From an uncultured Nitrospiraceae bacterium (GTDB lineage Bacteria > Nitrospirota > Thermodesulfovibrionia > Thermodesulfovibrionales > UBA6898): 64,000 bases of DNA. The notes under the pieces are model-generated. The model ran no database searches. It had not been told where the DNA came from and saw nothing but the letters and a program-made list of their open reading frames with translations. Where the stretch lies: the NCBI GenBank assembly GCA_963811165.1, contig CAWEQH010000004.1, positions 512,001-576,000 of the forward strand, written 5' to 3'. The position numbers and the translations under genes were made by a program. This document shows, in pieces, positions 38,619 to 50,373 of this stretch; position 1 is the first letter of the stretch, and each line of letters opens with the position of its first letter.

Positions 38619-40446
38619 CGTCCTCACCGGAAGTCACGATCGCCTTGAACTTGCAAAGCGGGGCGCACTGTCCGCACCCGTCGCATAACACGGGGTTGAT
38701 CCTCGAATAGCCTTTCTGTTTTTCCTTGTAACCGAGCTTTTTTGCCTCGTCAGCCGTCAGCGGCACCCACTCGATCGCAGGGCAGCCGAGTTTCAGACAC
38801 GATCTGCAGCCGGTGCATTTTGAGGAAACGATGGCGTAGAGCTGCTTGTTTTTCCTCTTTTTCATTTCGGGCAGGAGCACGCAGGGCGACTTGGCGATGA
38901 TGACCGAGGGCTCGGGCCTTTCGATCTCCTCCTTCAGTACCTTCAGTGTCTCTTCGATAGCATGGGGGTTGACCGTGCGGACATGTCTCACGCCTATGGC
39001 CCTGCAGATTGCCTCGATATCGACGGAAGCGCTGATTTCCCCCGACAGCGTGGATCCTGTGGAGGGGTTCGGCTGGTGGCCCGTCATGCCGGTTGTCCGG
39101 TTGTCGAGTATGACGACGGTGGTGAACCCCCGGTTATACACGACTTCGACCAGCCCGGTGATGCCTGAATGCATAAAGGTGGAGTCTCCGATGACGGCAA
39201 TAATCTTGCCGAGACTTTCTTTGCCTATCGCCTTCTCCATGCCGAAGGCGGTCCCGATGCTCGCTCCCATGCATACGCATGAGTCCATCGCGCTGAGGGG
39301 TTTGAGCGCCGCCAGGGTGTAACAGCCGATATCGCCTGCGACAAAGACGCCGAGCTTCGATATCGCATAGAATATGCCCCGATGAGGACAGCCGGGACAG
39401 AGGTTGGGGGGACGCATAGGCATCTGCACGGGCTCAAATACCGCCCCTCCTTTTTCTCCGGTTATCGATCTTCTGATGATTCCGGGGTTCAGTTCTCCCA
39501 TCGCCGGGATTAACTCCTTGCCCTTGCATTTTACCCCCATGGCCTTCACACGAAGCTCAATGAAGGGATCGAGTTCCTCGACGATATAAAGCTCGTCGAT
39601 CTCTGCGGCAAACCCCTTGATCATATTTTCAGGCAGGGGATGCACCATTCCGAGTTTAAGGACGGACGCCTCCGGGAAAGCCTCTTTGACGTAGAGATAA
39701 GAAACGCCTGAGGTGATGAACCCTCTTTTTTTGTCCGCCCACTCGATCCTGTTTTCGGGGAATGTCTCTGCATATTCCCTGAGTCTGCCGATTCTCTTTT
39801 CGAGTTCGACCCTTCTCTTCCTTGCGTTTGACGGGAGCATGACGAACTTCTCAGGCATCTTCTCTATGCCGGCCTTTATGGCAGGGCCTTCTTTTTTTCC
39901 GGCGGTGACCATGCCCTTGACGTGTGCGACCCGTGTCGTCGTCCTTAGGAGCACGGGGGTATCGAATCCCTCGCTTATGCGGTATGCAATCTTCGTGAAC
40001 TCCTTTGCCTCTGAGGCGTCTGATGGCTCAAGCATCGGGACCTTTGCCGCATAGGCATAGTTGCGGTTGTCCTGCTCGTTTTGCGAACTGTGCATCTCGG
40101 GGTCGTCCGCGGTCACTATCACCAGGCCTCCGCGGACGCCGGTGTAAGCCGCGGTAAAGAGAGGGTCTGCCGCGACGTTGAGGCCGACGTGTTTCATCGT
40201 TGCCAGGGCCCTGACCCCCCCGAAAGATGCCCCGAGGGCCACCTCGAGGGCCACCTTTTCGTTCGGCGCCCATTCGGCATATACGCCTTCATAGGTGCAG
40301 AGGTTTTCGAGTATCTCGGTAGAAGGCGTCCCGGGATAAGCCGACGCCACTTTGACCCCTGCCTCGAATGCGCCGAGGGCCAGGGCTTCGTTGCCGGAGA
40401 GCAGGGAAGACCCTTTAATGCCGGGATGTAATTTCTTGTTTTTCAT
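38602..40446 (-). CDS. iorA: Indolepyruvate:ferredoxin oxidoreductase alpha subunit
   Basis: LSGNEA, YPGTPSTE, KHVGLNVAAD, RPPNLCPGCPH, GDIGCY, GDSTF, two ferredoxin Cys motifs. Confidence 0.95.
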   Translation of the reverse strand: MKNKKLHPGIKGSSLLSGNEALALGAFEAGVKVASAYPGTPSTEILENLCTYEGVYAEWAPNEKVALEVALGASFGGVRALATMKHVGLNVAADPLFTAAYTGVRGGLVIVTADDPEMHSSQNEQDNRNYAYAAKVPMLEPSDASEAKEFTKIAYRISEGFDTPVLLRTTTRVAHVKGMVTAGKKEGPAIKAGIEKMPEKFVMLPSNARKRRVELEKRIGRLREYAETFPENRIEWADKKRGFITSGVSYLYVKEAFPEASVLKLGMVHPLPENMIKGFAAEIDELYIVEELDPFIELRVKAMGVKCKGKELIPAMGELNPGIIRRSITGEKGGAVFEPVQMPMRPPNLCPGCPHRGIFYAISKLGVFVAGDIGCYTLAALKPLSAMDSCVCMGASIGTAFGMEKAIGKESLGKIIAVIGDSTFMHSGITGLVEVVYNRGFTTVVILDNRTTGMTGHQPNPSTGSTLSGEISASVDIEAICRAIGVRHVRTVNPHAIEETLKVLKEEIERPEPSVIIAKSPCVLLPEMKKRKNKQLYAIVSSKCTGCRSCLKLGCPAIEWVPLTADEAKKLGYKEKQKGYSRINPVLCDGCGQCAPLCKFKAIVTSGEDDEEIR

Positions 40447-40517
40447 AAAAATAATGTAAGCCCGGTATTATACCACCGGGTCATTTTGAACCTCAACAGC
40501 TTTCCTCCGCGCCGGGG

Positions 40518-41327
40518 TTAGATCGAATTCAGCAGGGTGAGCGCATTGTCCCTCAGGACCTTATTCTCCCTCTCCGGCCCGAGCTCAAGACCCTTTAAAA
40601 GAGAGAGTGTTTTGTCCTGTGCGGTCCATGGGGAATCCGTGCCGAAAAGCAGATACTCAGCCGGATGGGACAATATCATCTTCCTCGCCCGCTTTGGATC
40701 TAATATATCAAGTGAGTAAGATATCTCCATATAGACCTTCTTCCCTATGATCAGCCTTTCGACTTCGTCCCAGTCCTCCCAGGCGCCCAGATGGGAAGTG
40801 ACCAACTTTAGATCAGGAAAATCCTCGAGGACGCGCATGATCCTCTCCGGATCGCAAATCCTGTTTCTCTCAAAGGCGAGGTCGAACCCCGTATGCATAA
40901 GCACGATCAAACCCTCTTCAGAGATCCTCTTATAGATTGGAAATAGTCTTTTTTCGTCAATGCTGAAGTTCTGATAATAAGGATGAAACTTTATTCCCTT
41001 GAACCCCTCCTGCCCGATGCGGGACACCTTTTCGACTGCCTCAGGATCGTCCGGGTGGAGCGAAGGAAATGGGACCAGCCTATCCGATGCGATCTTTTTT
41101 GACCACGCAAGGATCGGTTCGAACTGGGACGGCTTTGTGGCGATCGAGCAGACGATGCTTTTTTCAATATTATTCCTGTCCATAGAGGACAGCAGCGACG
41201 GCACCCTGCCGTCTAAGTGGGCCGTAACGTCTGATTTTTTCTTCCCCTCTTCAAGAAGGGCGGCCATCGCCCTTTGGGCCAGTTCGTCCGGAAAGGCATG
41301 TGTATGAAAGTCTATTGTCCCTTGCAT
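40518..41327 (-). CDS. Amidohydrolase_2 family metal-dependent hydrolase
   Basis: DFHTH, GIKFHP, HTG, SHLG, FGTDSPW. Confidence 0.9.
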   Translation of the reverse strand: MQGTIDFHTHAFPDELAQRAMAALLEEGKKKSDVTAHLDGRVPSLLSSMDRNNIEKSIVCSIATKPSQFEPILAWSKKIASDRLVPFPSLHPDDPEAVEKVSRIGQEGFKGIKFHPYYQNFSIDEKRLFPIYKRISEEGLIVLMHTGFDLAFERNRICDPERIMRVLEDFPDLKLVTSHLGAWEDWDEVERLIIGKKVYMEISYSLDILDPKRARKMILSHPAEYLLFGTDSPWTAQDKTLSLLKGLELGPERENKVLRDNALTLLNSI

Positions 41328-41601
41328 TGCCGGGTATTATAAGAAATTTCTGCCGCTAATGGCAAAGCCTTGACCAGCCGGGTTTCGGTTCCGAGAAAGT
41401 CCTCCCGTGGTATCAAACTGCACTGTTTCGCATATGTGAGGAGACGGTCTTGACAAGGCCCCGGTTGTCCGCTTATTATTTCTCACTTGCTGAAAGGGTG
41501 GAATTATCTGCAGGCACTCATGTTGTCGGTAATTACAGTAAGTCCAGAAATAAGAATCTGGGATGTTATTCGATAAGGAATTCAATAAAAAGGAGGAGAG
41601 C

Positions 41602-43011
41602 ATGCTTAAAAGATCTATTGCAGTAATGTTCGTTTTTTTCCTGGCCACGGTTCTGTATGTCTCTGCTGTACATGCGGAAACAACCTTCACGTCCGGAGCG
41701 GCCTTCAGACTCCGTCAGGAGATCTGGGATGACGTCGTTACCTTGGACACCAGTAATACCGGGAGTGCGGCGGACAGAAACTTCTTCCGGCTAAGGACCC
41801 AGCTTTGGGCGAGGGCCGACTTCAACCCGAAATTCGGCGTATACGCCAGGCTCGTAAACGAGATGAAGTATTTTGACGGACCTTTCACTAACTTTAAGGC
41901 GAACAACGACACGCCTGTGCAGCCGGATCCCACAAGGTATGATCCGGACGAAGTCGTCATCGACAACCTGTATTTCGACGCGAAGGATGTCTTCGGTCTC
42001 CCTGTCGATGTGAGGATCGGGCGTCAGGATTTCCTCGGCCCGGATATGTACGGCGAGGGCTTTCTCCTTATGGACGGAACACCAGCTGACGGCTCAAGGA
42101 CCTTCTATTTTAACGCAGCAAAACTCAGGTGGAAGATCAACGGGAAAACCAGCCTGGATTTTGTCTATATCGACGACCCCAAGACGGATGTGTTCCTCCC
42201 TTCGATACACCCGTCGGTTGACGGGGGCCTGTATGTCGACAACAAGAAGCTCCTGACAGCTTCCCGGGAGCAGGCGTTTGTATTGTATGGAAGAAGCAAA
42301 GTAACGGATAATGTCAGCGTAGAGCCTTACTACATTTATAAAACAGAGCAGTCCTTCGGGACTATCCCGAAACTTAGACTCAACACCTTTGGCGCAAGGG
42401 CGGTAGCCGCGCTCAATGGGGGATGGAAGTTCGGCGGCGAGTTTGCCACCCAGTTCGGAGATTACAACTCGGGCGGTAAGTGGAACGACAGGACGGGCAA
42501 CGGCGGATACATCTTTGTAGGGCGCAAATATGAGAACGTCGGACTGAAGCCTGAGTTCGACCTGAGATATGTCTATCTCTCGGGAGACGACACCGGTACT
42601 ACCGACAAGAATGAAACGTTCGACCCGCTTTTTTCGAGGAACCCTTACTGGAATGAACTCTTGATCTATCCTCTTCTGAACGAAACAGCGAATTTCGGAG
42701 GGGGCGGGATTCCAGGGTACTGGACGAACATAGAAATACTGAAGGCATCGCTGACGCTTAACTTCAGCCCCCAGACCAGTCTTCTTCTTGCCTATCAGTA
42801 TTTATGGGCGCCGGAGAATTCGGGACTCACTACGGCCATGTTCGGGACGGGGAAGGAAAGAGGACACCTCCCTATGGCAATCCTTAGCCATAAGTTCTCG
42901 AAGAGCCTGGACGGGATGGCACAGCTTGAATACTTTATCCCGGGAAGTTATTATGCCTCCAGCGCCGATAATGCCACGTTCTTTAGGTTGCAGCTCCAGT
43001 ATAGGCTGTAA
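41602..43011 (+). CDS. Outer-membrane beta-barrel (alginate export family-like)
   Basis: Signal peptide ending VHA; RLRQE, RLRTQL, RIGRQD, SGDD, C-terminal QLQYRL; AAGGAGG RBS. Confidence 0.82.
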   Translation: MLKRSIAVMFVFFLATVLYVSAVHAETTFTSGAAFRLRQEIWDDVVTLDTSNTGSAADRNFFRLRTQLWARADFNPKFGVYARLVNEMKYFDGPFTNFKANNDTPVQPDPTRYDPDEVVIDNLYFDAKDVFGLPVDVRIGRQDFLGPDMYGEGFLLMDGTPADGSRTFYFNAAKLRWKINGKTSLDFVYIDDPKTDVFLPSIHPSVDGGLYVDNKKLLTASREQAFVLYGRSKVTDNVSVEPYYIYKTEQSFGTIPKLRLNTFGARAVAALNGGWKFGGEFATQFGDYNSGGKWNDRTGNGGYIFVGRKYENVGLKPEFDLRYVYLSGDDTGTTDKNETFDPLFSRNPYWNELLIYPLLNETANFGGGGIPGYWTNIEILKASLTLNFSPQTSLLLAYQYLWAPENSGLTTAMFGTGKERGHLPMAILSHKFSKSLDGMAQLEYFIPGSYYASSADNATFFRLQLQYRL

Positions 43012-43042
43012 TTCTTCAGGATAAAGAAAGTCATCGATTCAT

Positions 43043-43074
43043 GCCCCGCCGGACAACCGGCGGGGTATTTTTTT
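43043..43074 (+). terminator. Intrinsic terminator after the porin
   Basis: GCCCCGCCGG-acaa-CCGGCGGGGT then T-run. Confidence 0.85.
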
Positions 43075-43104
43075 ATATTAAGGATCTCATAATTGAATTG
43101 ACAC

Positions 43105-43281
43105 TAGAACCTATCTCAAAATTAGTTTCTGTCCTTTTGTCGTCATTCCGGGCTTGACCCGGAATCCAGTGACTTTGCTGTTTTGTTATTAGAGACGAGG
43201 AGTTGCGAATTACTAATTTAGGAGATTAGAGCCGCTGGATGCCGGTTTCCACCGGCATGACTAATTTTGAGATAGGTTCTA
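43105..43281. mobile_element. MITE-like element, 177 bp, with perfect 22-bp terminal inverted repeats
   Basis: TAGAACCTATCTCAAAATTAGT (43105-43126) and its exact reverse complement (43260-43281); internal GTCATTCC...GGAATCCAG / CTGGAT...GGCATGAC palindromes. Confidence 0.8.
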
Positions 43282-43287
43282 ATCAGA

Positions 43288-43362
43288 AAATCTCCCCTAA
43301 CCCCTCTTTTTCAAAGAGGGGCATAAATCCTCCCTTTGAAAAAGGGAGGGTAGGAGGGATTT
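43288..43362. repeat. Composite palindromic repeat (CCCCTCTT...AAGAGGGG type)
   Basis: Nested hairpins AAATCTCCCCTAACCCCTCTTT...AAAGAGGGG...CTCCCTTT...AAAGGGAG...GGAGGGATTT; related copy at about 45065-45101. Confidence 0.6.
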
Positions 43363-43499
43363 CATAAATCAAAATCTACTCAATTTTGAGACAGTTAATA
43401 AGACCCTTTTCTTGACAGAACACTTGGCGAAAAGGAATACTCTGATGCCATAGGGTGAACGGTCCGGGCGGGACCGAAAAGAACAGACGGGGTGACGAT

Positions 43500-44879
43500 A
43501 TGAAGATACGGTTTTTGGGCGGGGCAAGGACGGTGACAGGTTCGTGTTTTGAGGTGACCGGTGGGAAAGAGAAGATACTGATAGATTGCGGGATGTATCA
43601 GGGACCGGACGCCGAAGAAGTGAATAAAAGAGAATTCGATTTCATACCCTCGGAGATCGACTGTCTTTTTCTGACGCATTCCCATCTGGACCACGTCGGC
43701 CTGGTGCCGAAGCTGGTGAAGGAGGGGTTCAGGGGAAAAATCATCACGACGTCGGCTGCCGCAGATATCGCTGAACTCATTATGTATGACTCGGCCCACA
43801 TACAGGAGTCCGATACCGAGTGGTACAACAGGAAGGCCCTGAGGTCGGGGATGGAGCCGAAAGAGCCTTTGTATGTCAGCCGGGATGTGGACAGGGTGCT
43901 GCCTCTCATTCAGAGGACGCACTATGGCGGAATCCAGGGCCTTGATGAAAATGTCAGATACCGGTTCGTCAATGCCGGGCACATTCTGGGGTCGTCGACA
44001 CTCGAGCTTTGGTGCCGCGACAGCGGCAGGGAAAGGAAGATGGTCTTTTCAGGAGATATCGGCAAGAAGGACAACCCGATAGTCGACGACCCGGTATTTG
44101 TAGAGGAGACGGACTATCTTACGATCGAGTCCACCTACGGAGACAGGAACCACAAGGGTATGCAGGAATCGATCGATGAACTGGTCAATGTCATAAGGAG
44201 CACTTTTAAGAGGGGCGGAAACGTGATCATCCCGTCCTTTGCCTTGGGAAGGACCCAGGACCTGCTTTTTATCCTGAACAAGCTCGTCAAAGAAGACAGG
44301 CTCTTTAGGATAAACGTATATATCGACAGCCCTCTTGCCGAGGGTATCACCAGGGTCTACGAAGCCCACAAGGAATACTTCGACGACGAGGCGAGGCTCC
44401 TTTTCAGCACGGAGAGCAGGGACGCCATCAGGATCCATTTTACGCGTAAGATGGAGGAATCCATGGCCCTTAACAGGGTCAAGAAAGAGGCGATCATCAT
44501 CGCCGGCTCAGGGATGTGCGACGGGGGCAGGGTGCGGCACCATCTAAAGCACAACCTCTGGCGCAGGGAATGCAGCATCGTGTTTGTCGGCTTCCAGGCA
44601 AATGGCACCCTGGGAAGGCAGATCGTCGATGGGGCCAAGGTGGTCGAGGTCCTTGGGGAAAATATCGTCGTCAGGGCGCAGATACATACATTGGGCGGGT
44701 TTTCCGCACATGCCGACCAGTCCGAACTGATAGGCTGGATATCGAAGTTTAAGAATTCGCCCGAGGTCTTTATCGTGCACGGCGAAGAGAAGGCTTCATT
44801 CGATTTTCAGAAACTCATAAACGAGAAGTTCAGGTATAAGACTCACGTGCCGGAAAGGGGAGAGGAATTCGAGATATAA
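43500..44879 (+). CDS. MBL-fold beta-CASP RNA-processing metallo-hydrolase
   Basis: GGARTVTGS, DCGMYQG, THSHLDHVG, AGHILGS, ESTYG, SGMCDGGR, FSAHAD, VHGE. Confidence 0.93.
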   Translation: MKIRFLGGARTVTGSCFEVTGGKEKILIDCGMYQGPDAEEVNKREFDFIPSEIDCLFLTHSHLDHVGLVPKLVKEGFRGKIITTSAAADIAELIMYDSAHIQESDTEWYNRKALRSGMEPKEPLYVSRDVDRVLPLIQRTHYGGIQGLDENVRYRFVNAGHILGSSTLELWCRDSGRERKMVFSGDIGKKDNPIVDDPVFVEETDYLTIESTYGDRNHKGMQESIDELVNVIRSTFKRGGNVIIPSFALGRTQDLLFILNKLVKEDRLFRINVYIDSPLAEGITRVYEAHKEYFDDEARLLFSTESRDAIRIHFTRKMEESMALNRVKKEAIIIAGSGMCDGGRVRHHLKHNLWRRECSIVFVGFQANGTLGRQIVDGAKVVEVLGENIVVRAQIHTLGGFSAHADQSELIGWISKFKNSPEVFIVHGEEKASFDFQKLINEKFRYKTHVPERGEEFEI

Positions 44880-45498
44880 GGGTGACGGTGGGAAGTGCTA
44901 TTTTGAAAACATCAGGAGATATCGCCGAGTTTCTCTACAAATCTCTTGATATAGTCTCTCCGCATCACACGAAGCTTTTCCGTGTCTAAGTAAAGTTTCC
45001 ACGCTCTCAGTTCTCCTCTTCAAAAGTTCCCGCTCGCTCCTCATAACGCCCCCGGCCTTTGGCCAACCCCCTCTTAAGATAAGAGGGGGATAGGGGGAGT
45101 TATGATACCCGGAGGCTGGGGAAGATTTTGTGAGAATTCCCTACCCGTAGCTGTAAAGTCTTACGTCATGCCGCATGGCCCGGAAAGCGATGGTAGGTCT
45201 TTTTCACTATTTCGATACTGCTTCGGAACGGAACGGCAGGCAACAATACTTCCTCCTACCAACAAATACCGCGTTGTATTGATTAATGAGTACGGCGGGG
45301 CTCAACACTTTATTCTTGACCGTGGGTCCAGTAAGGGAGTATAAAGGGATACTGCAGGAAGGCTATAGCCACCGCACAGTTTGGTCGTTATCTATACAAT
45401 CACAAATCAGTACTGGTTCCCGTATCTTCGTATTTCACTCATACACTCTTATATGATGACTGATACTGCATTTGACAAAGCAAACAATACGTGATATT

Positions 45499-45518
45499 GA
45501 TTAGGAATCATTCCGATC
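45499..45518 (+). promoter_or_regulatory. Candidate PerR/Fur-family operator (autoregulatory)
   Basis: GATTAGGAATCATTCCGATC imperfect palindrome immediately before the regulator start; TTGACA at 45472. Confidence 0.6.
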
Positions 45519-45956
45519 GTGAATAAATATAAAAAGTCTTGTGATATTGAACAGACGCTAATTTCAAGTTTACAGGAGAAAGGATACAAACTTACTCCTC
45601 AAAGACGGGAAATTATCAGACTTATGTCACGTAGTAAATCACATCCCGGGGCAATGGAAATTTTAGAGAAAGTCAGAAAGATCGTTCCAAGAATAAGTAT
45701 GTCAACTGTATATTACACCCTTGACATGATGAAAAAGGAAGGCTTGATACGAGAGCTTGAATTTTACGATATGGAAAACCGTTACGAAATTAACGTATCG
45801 GATCATATTAACCTCGTCTGCACAAGGTGCCGAAAGATAACTGATTTTACGGGTAATGTGCCTTCATTCTCAAAGGCTGTAGAAAAAGAAACAGGTTTTA
45901 GGTCATCAGGTATGCGGTTTGAATATTACGGCATCTGCAGGAATTGCGCGGAGTGA
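45519..45956 (+). CDS. Fur family transcriptional regulator, PerR-like
   Basis: KLTPQRRE, HP, STVYYTL, H..LVCTRC, GICRNC; upstream of katG. Confidence 0.88.
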   Translation: MNKYKKSCDIEQTLISSLQEKGYKLTPQRREIIRLMSRSKSHPGAMEILEKVRKIVPRISMSTVYYTLDMMKKEGLIRELEFYDMENRYEINVSDHINLVCTRCRKITDFTGNVPSFSKAVEKETGFRSSGMRFEYYGICRNCAE

Positions 45957-45980
45957 GGGTCGCTGTTTTTTTATTTGATT

Positions 45981-46000
45981 GTTAGGAATGGGTCCTGATT
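45981..46000 (+). promoter_or_regulatory. Second candidate PerR operator, upstream of katG
   Basis: GTTAGGAATGGGTCCTGATT, similar to the box at 45499. Confidence 0.55.
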
Positions 46001-46150
46001 AGATGATAAAGGAGCTGTATCCGTTACCTTGCAGGGTTCAATATTCTGTACCACGCTGCTTTGTAGCACATTATAAGAAAGGAGTAAAAACAACTGACAA
46101 AAACAGTTGATAGGTTGTTGGAATATCTGTCTCATCGAAAAATGGACTAG

Positions 46151-48403
<2,253 letters not shown>

Positions 48404-48605
48404 TCGTGGCATGAATTGCTTTACGAGCTCTTGACGGGACGGCAAGAAAACGGTCAGCAAACAAACGGTTCAGCGGCGGCGGTATGCCGTCCGCTGGACC
48501 GGAGCGTTACCGCTGCATGTTTCTCATGTGAATCTTCAATAATTGCTTATTCTTATTTTTGCGGAGTTGTCGGCGAAATCTGCGGCGCGCCACTGCAGCA
48601 TGGGT

Positions 48606-49085
48606 TCAGAGCTGTATTATCTCCGCTGTCATCGGCGAAAGATCGGCGATGGCAACGGTAGATTTCCCATAAAGCCAGCTGCCTGCCTCTCCGGGGTTGA
48701 TTACCAGCGCCTTCTTCACCTTCCTGACGGCCGGTTTGTGTGTATGTCCATAAATAACGACGTCGTAATGGCCGCTTTCGGCAAGGGCATCGGCGATATG
48801 ATGCTCGTGTATTACTATTATCTTCCTGCCCCCCAACTCAAAGATATGGGGCTGATTAAAGACCCGTCCTTCGGACATCTTTTGCAGAAGGAGTTTGTCC
48901 CCGTCGTTGTTGCCGAAGATGCCGGTAAAGCCGCAGGTGAGGTCCTTCAATATCCGGAAGGTGAAGGGCGACGTAAAATCCCCTGCATGGACCACATGTT
49001 CGACCTTTCTTTCATTAAAGAGGTCGACCGCCCTTTTGACCTGGGGCATATTGTCGTGCGTGTCAGAAATGATGCCTATGACCAT
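48606..49085 (-). CDS. YfcE-type metallophosphoesterase
   Basis: ISDTHDN, HAGD, GNND, GHTH, INPG. Confidence 0.92.
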   Translation of the reverse strand: MVIGIISDTHDNMPQVKRAVDLFNERKVEHVVHAGDFTSPFTFRILKDLTCGFTGIFGNNDGDKLLLQKMSEGRVFNQPHIFELGGRKIIVIHEHHIADALAESGHYDVVIYGHTHKPAVRKVKKALVINPGEAGSWLYGKSTVAIADLSPMTAEIIQL

Positions 49086-49104
49086 ATTCCCTTCCTATTC
49101 ATGA

Positions 49105-49620
49105 CTATAGGAAAAAAGCTCCTAGAGCGCCCGCCCCGAGAATGACAAAAGTTGGGTCCAGTTTTGTGAAAGTAATGACTGCAAAACTTATCACCGCAAT
49201 CCCCGCCGTGCGGATGTCGATGAGTGAAGCATTTCCCAAAGAGATGGCCACCGCCGCAAGAAGACCTATGACCGCGGCCTTTATCCCCTTAAAGCTCGAA
49301 CTGACGATAACCGACTCTTTGTATGCGTAATAGAATTTTGCGACCAGCGTCACGATAATAATGCACGGCAGGTAGGAACTTACCATCGCCATAATAGCGC
49401 CGGTCAGGCCATAAATCTTATATCCAATAAAGGCGTTCATCACCGTAAGGGGACCGGGAGTGACCTGCCCGATGGCGATGGCATCCAGAAATTCCTGGTT
49501 GGTCAGCCAGTGATATTTATCCACAAATTCACTCTGGAGCATAGGGAGCATTACGAAGCCTCCCCCTATCGTGAGGGCATTGATTACAAAGAGTATCCAG
49601 CAAAACTCAAGGAGAATCAT
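49105..49620 (-). CDS. Chromate transporter, short-chain half
   Basis: IGGG, FLDAIAIGQVTPGP, FIGY. Confidence 0.9.
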   Translation of the reverse strand: MILLEFCWILFVINALTIGGGFVMLPMLQSEFVDKYHWLTNQEFLDAIAIGQVTPGPLTVMNAFIGYKIYGLTGAIMAMVSSYLPCIIIVTLVAKFYYAYKESVIVSSSFKGIKAAVIGLLAAVAISLGNASLIDIRTAGIAVISFAVITFTKLDPTFVILGAGALGAFFL

Positions 49621-50159
49621 TTTTTTCCCTCCCTGAAGAAAATAAAACCAAATATTCCGGCGGCAAGAATAAGGCCGATGGGATTAAGTTTTAAGACCGC
49701 CAGCGCAACAAGGGCAACAAGTGAGAACAAAAACGTCTTGTAATCTTTGAGGTTTTTCCTTGCCATCTTATAGATAATAGACACCAGCAGGCCTACTACC
49801 GCCGCCCCGACGCCCTTCATGACCGATTGAAGCAGTGCGTTGTCTTTGGTTTTTATATAAAAAACGGCCAACAAGATGGCAAAGACGGTCCCGGTAAACG
49901 CCTGTCCCGCAACAGTCGCAATGGCCCCCCTGATTTTCCTCAGCTTATAGCCGATGCAGATCCCGGTGTTTACGATCGGAGGACCTGGCGTCATCTGACC
50001 GATTGCGACGCTCTCGAGATATTCGTCGTGGGTAAGCCATTTACGTTTCTCCACCAATTCCTTTTCGAAGAAAGAGAGCATGGAGTAGACCCCGCCGAAT
50101 GCAAAGGTCCCCATCTTGAGAAAAACAAGGAAGATGCGCCTCAGCGAAACATTTTCCAT
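49617..50159 (-). CDS. Chromate transporter, short-chain half
   Basis: FLKMGTFAFGG, LVEKRKWL, GQMTPGP. Confidence 0.9.
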   Translation of the reverse strand: MENVSLRRIFLVFLKMGTFAFGGVYSMLSFFEKELVEKRKWLTHDEYLESVAIGQMTPGPPIVNTGICIGYKLRKIRGAIATVAGQAFTGTVFAILLAVFYIKTKDNALLQSVMKGVGAAVVGLLVSIIYKMARKNLKDYKTFLFSLVALVALAVLKLNPIGLILAAGIFGFIFFREGKK

Positions 50160-50373
50160 GCGGGGTCCTTTCAAAAAAGATCGTTTTGCTGCATAGAACA
50201 GACTTTTTTACCATATATGCTTTTGTTTTGGCAACGGGCCGGTTCTCAAAGAGGACTCTGGGAGGAAAAGCTTTCAGCGTGATAACTGATATAATGGAAA
50301 CAGAGAAGATAAGAGGCATGTCACTGATGAGTAGTATAATTTTATGAACCTATTTTACAAAGGGGATGAGGCT

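Noticed and set aside
44895..45344. Short ORFs between the beta-CASP gene and the Fur-family gene
   Set aside because: No motifs; 45102-45344 starts at the edge of a palindromic repeat; insufficient support
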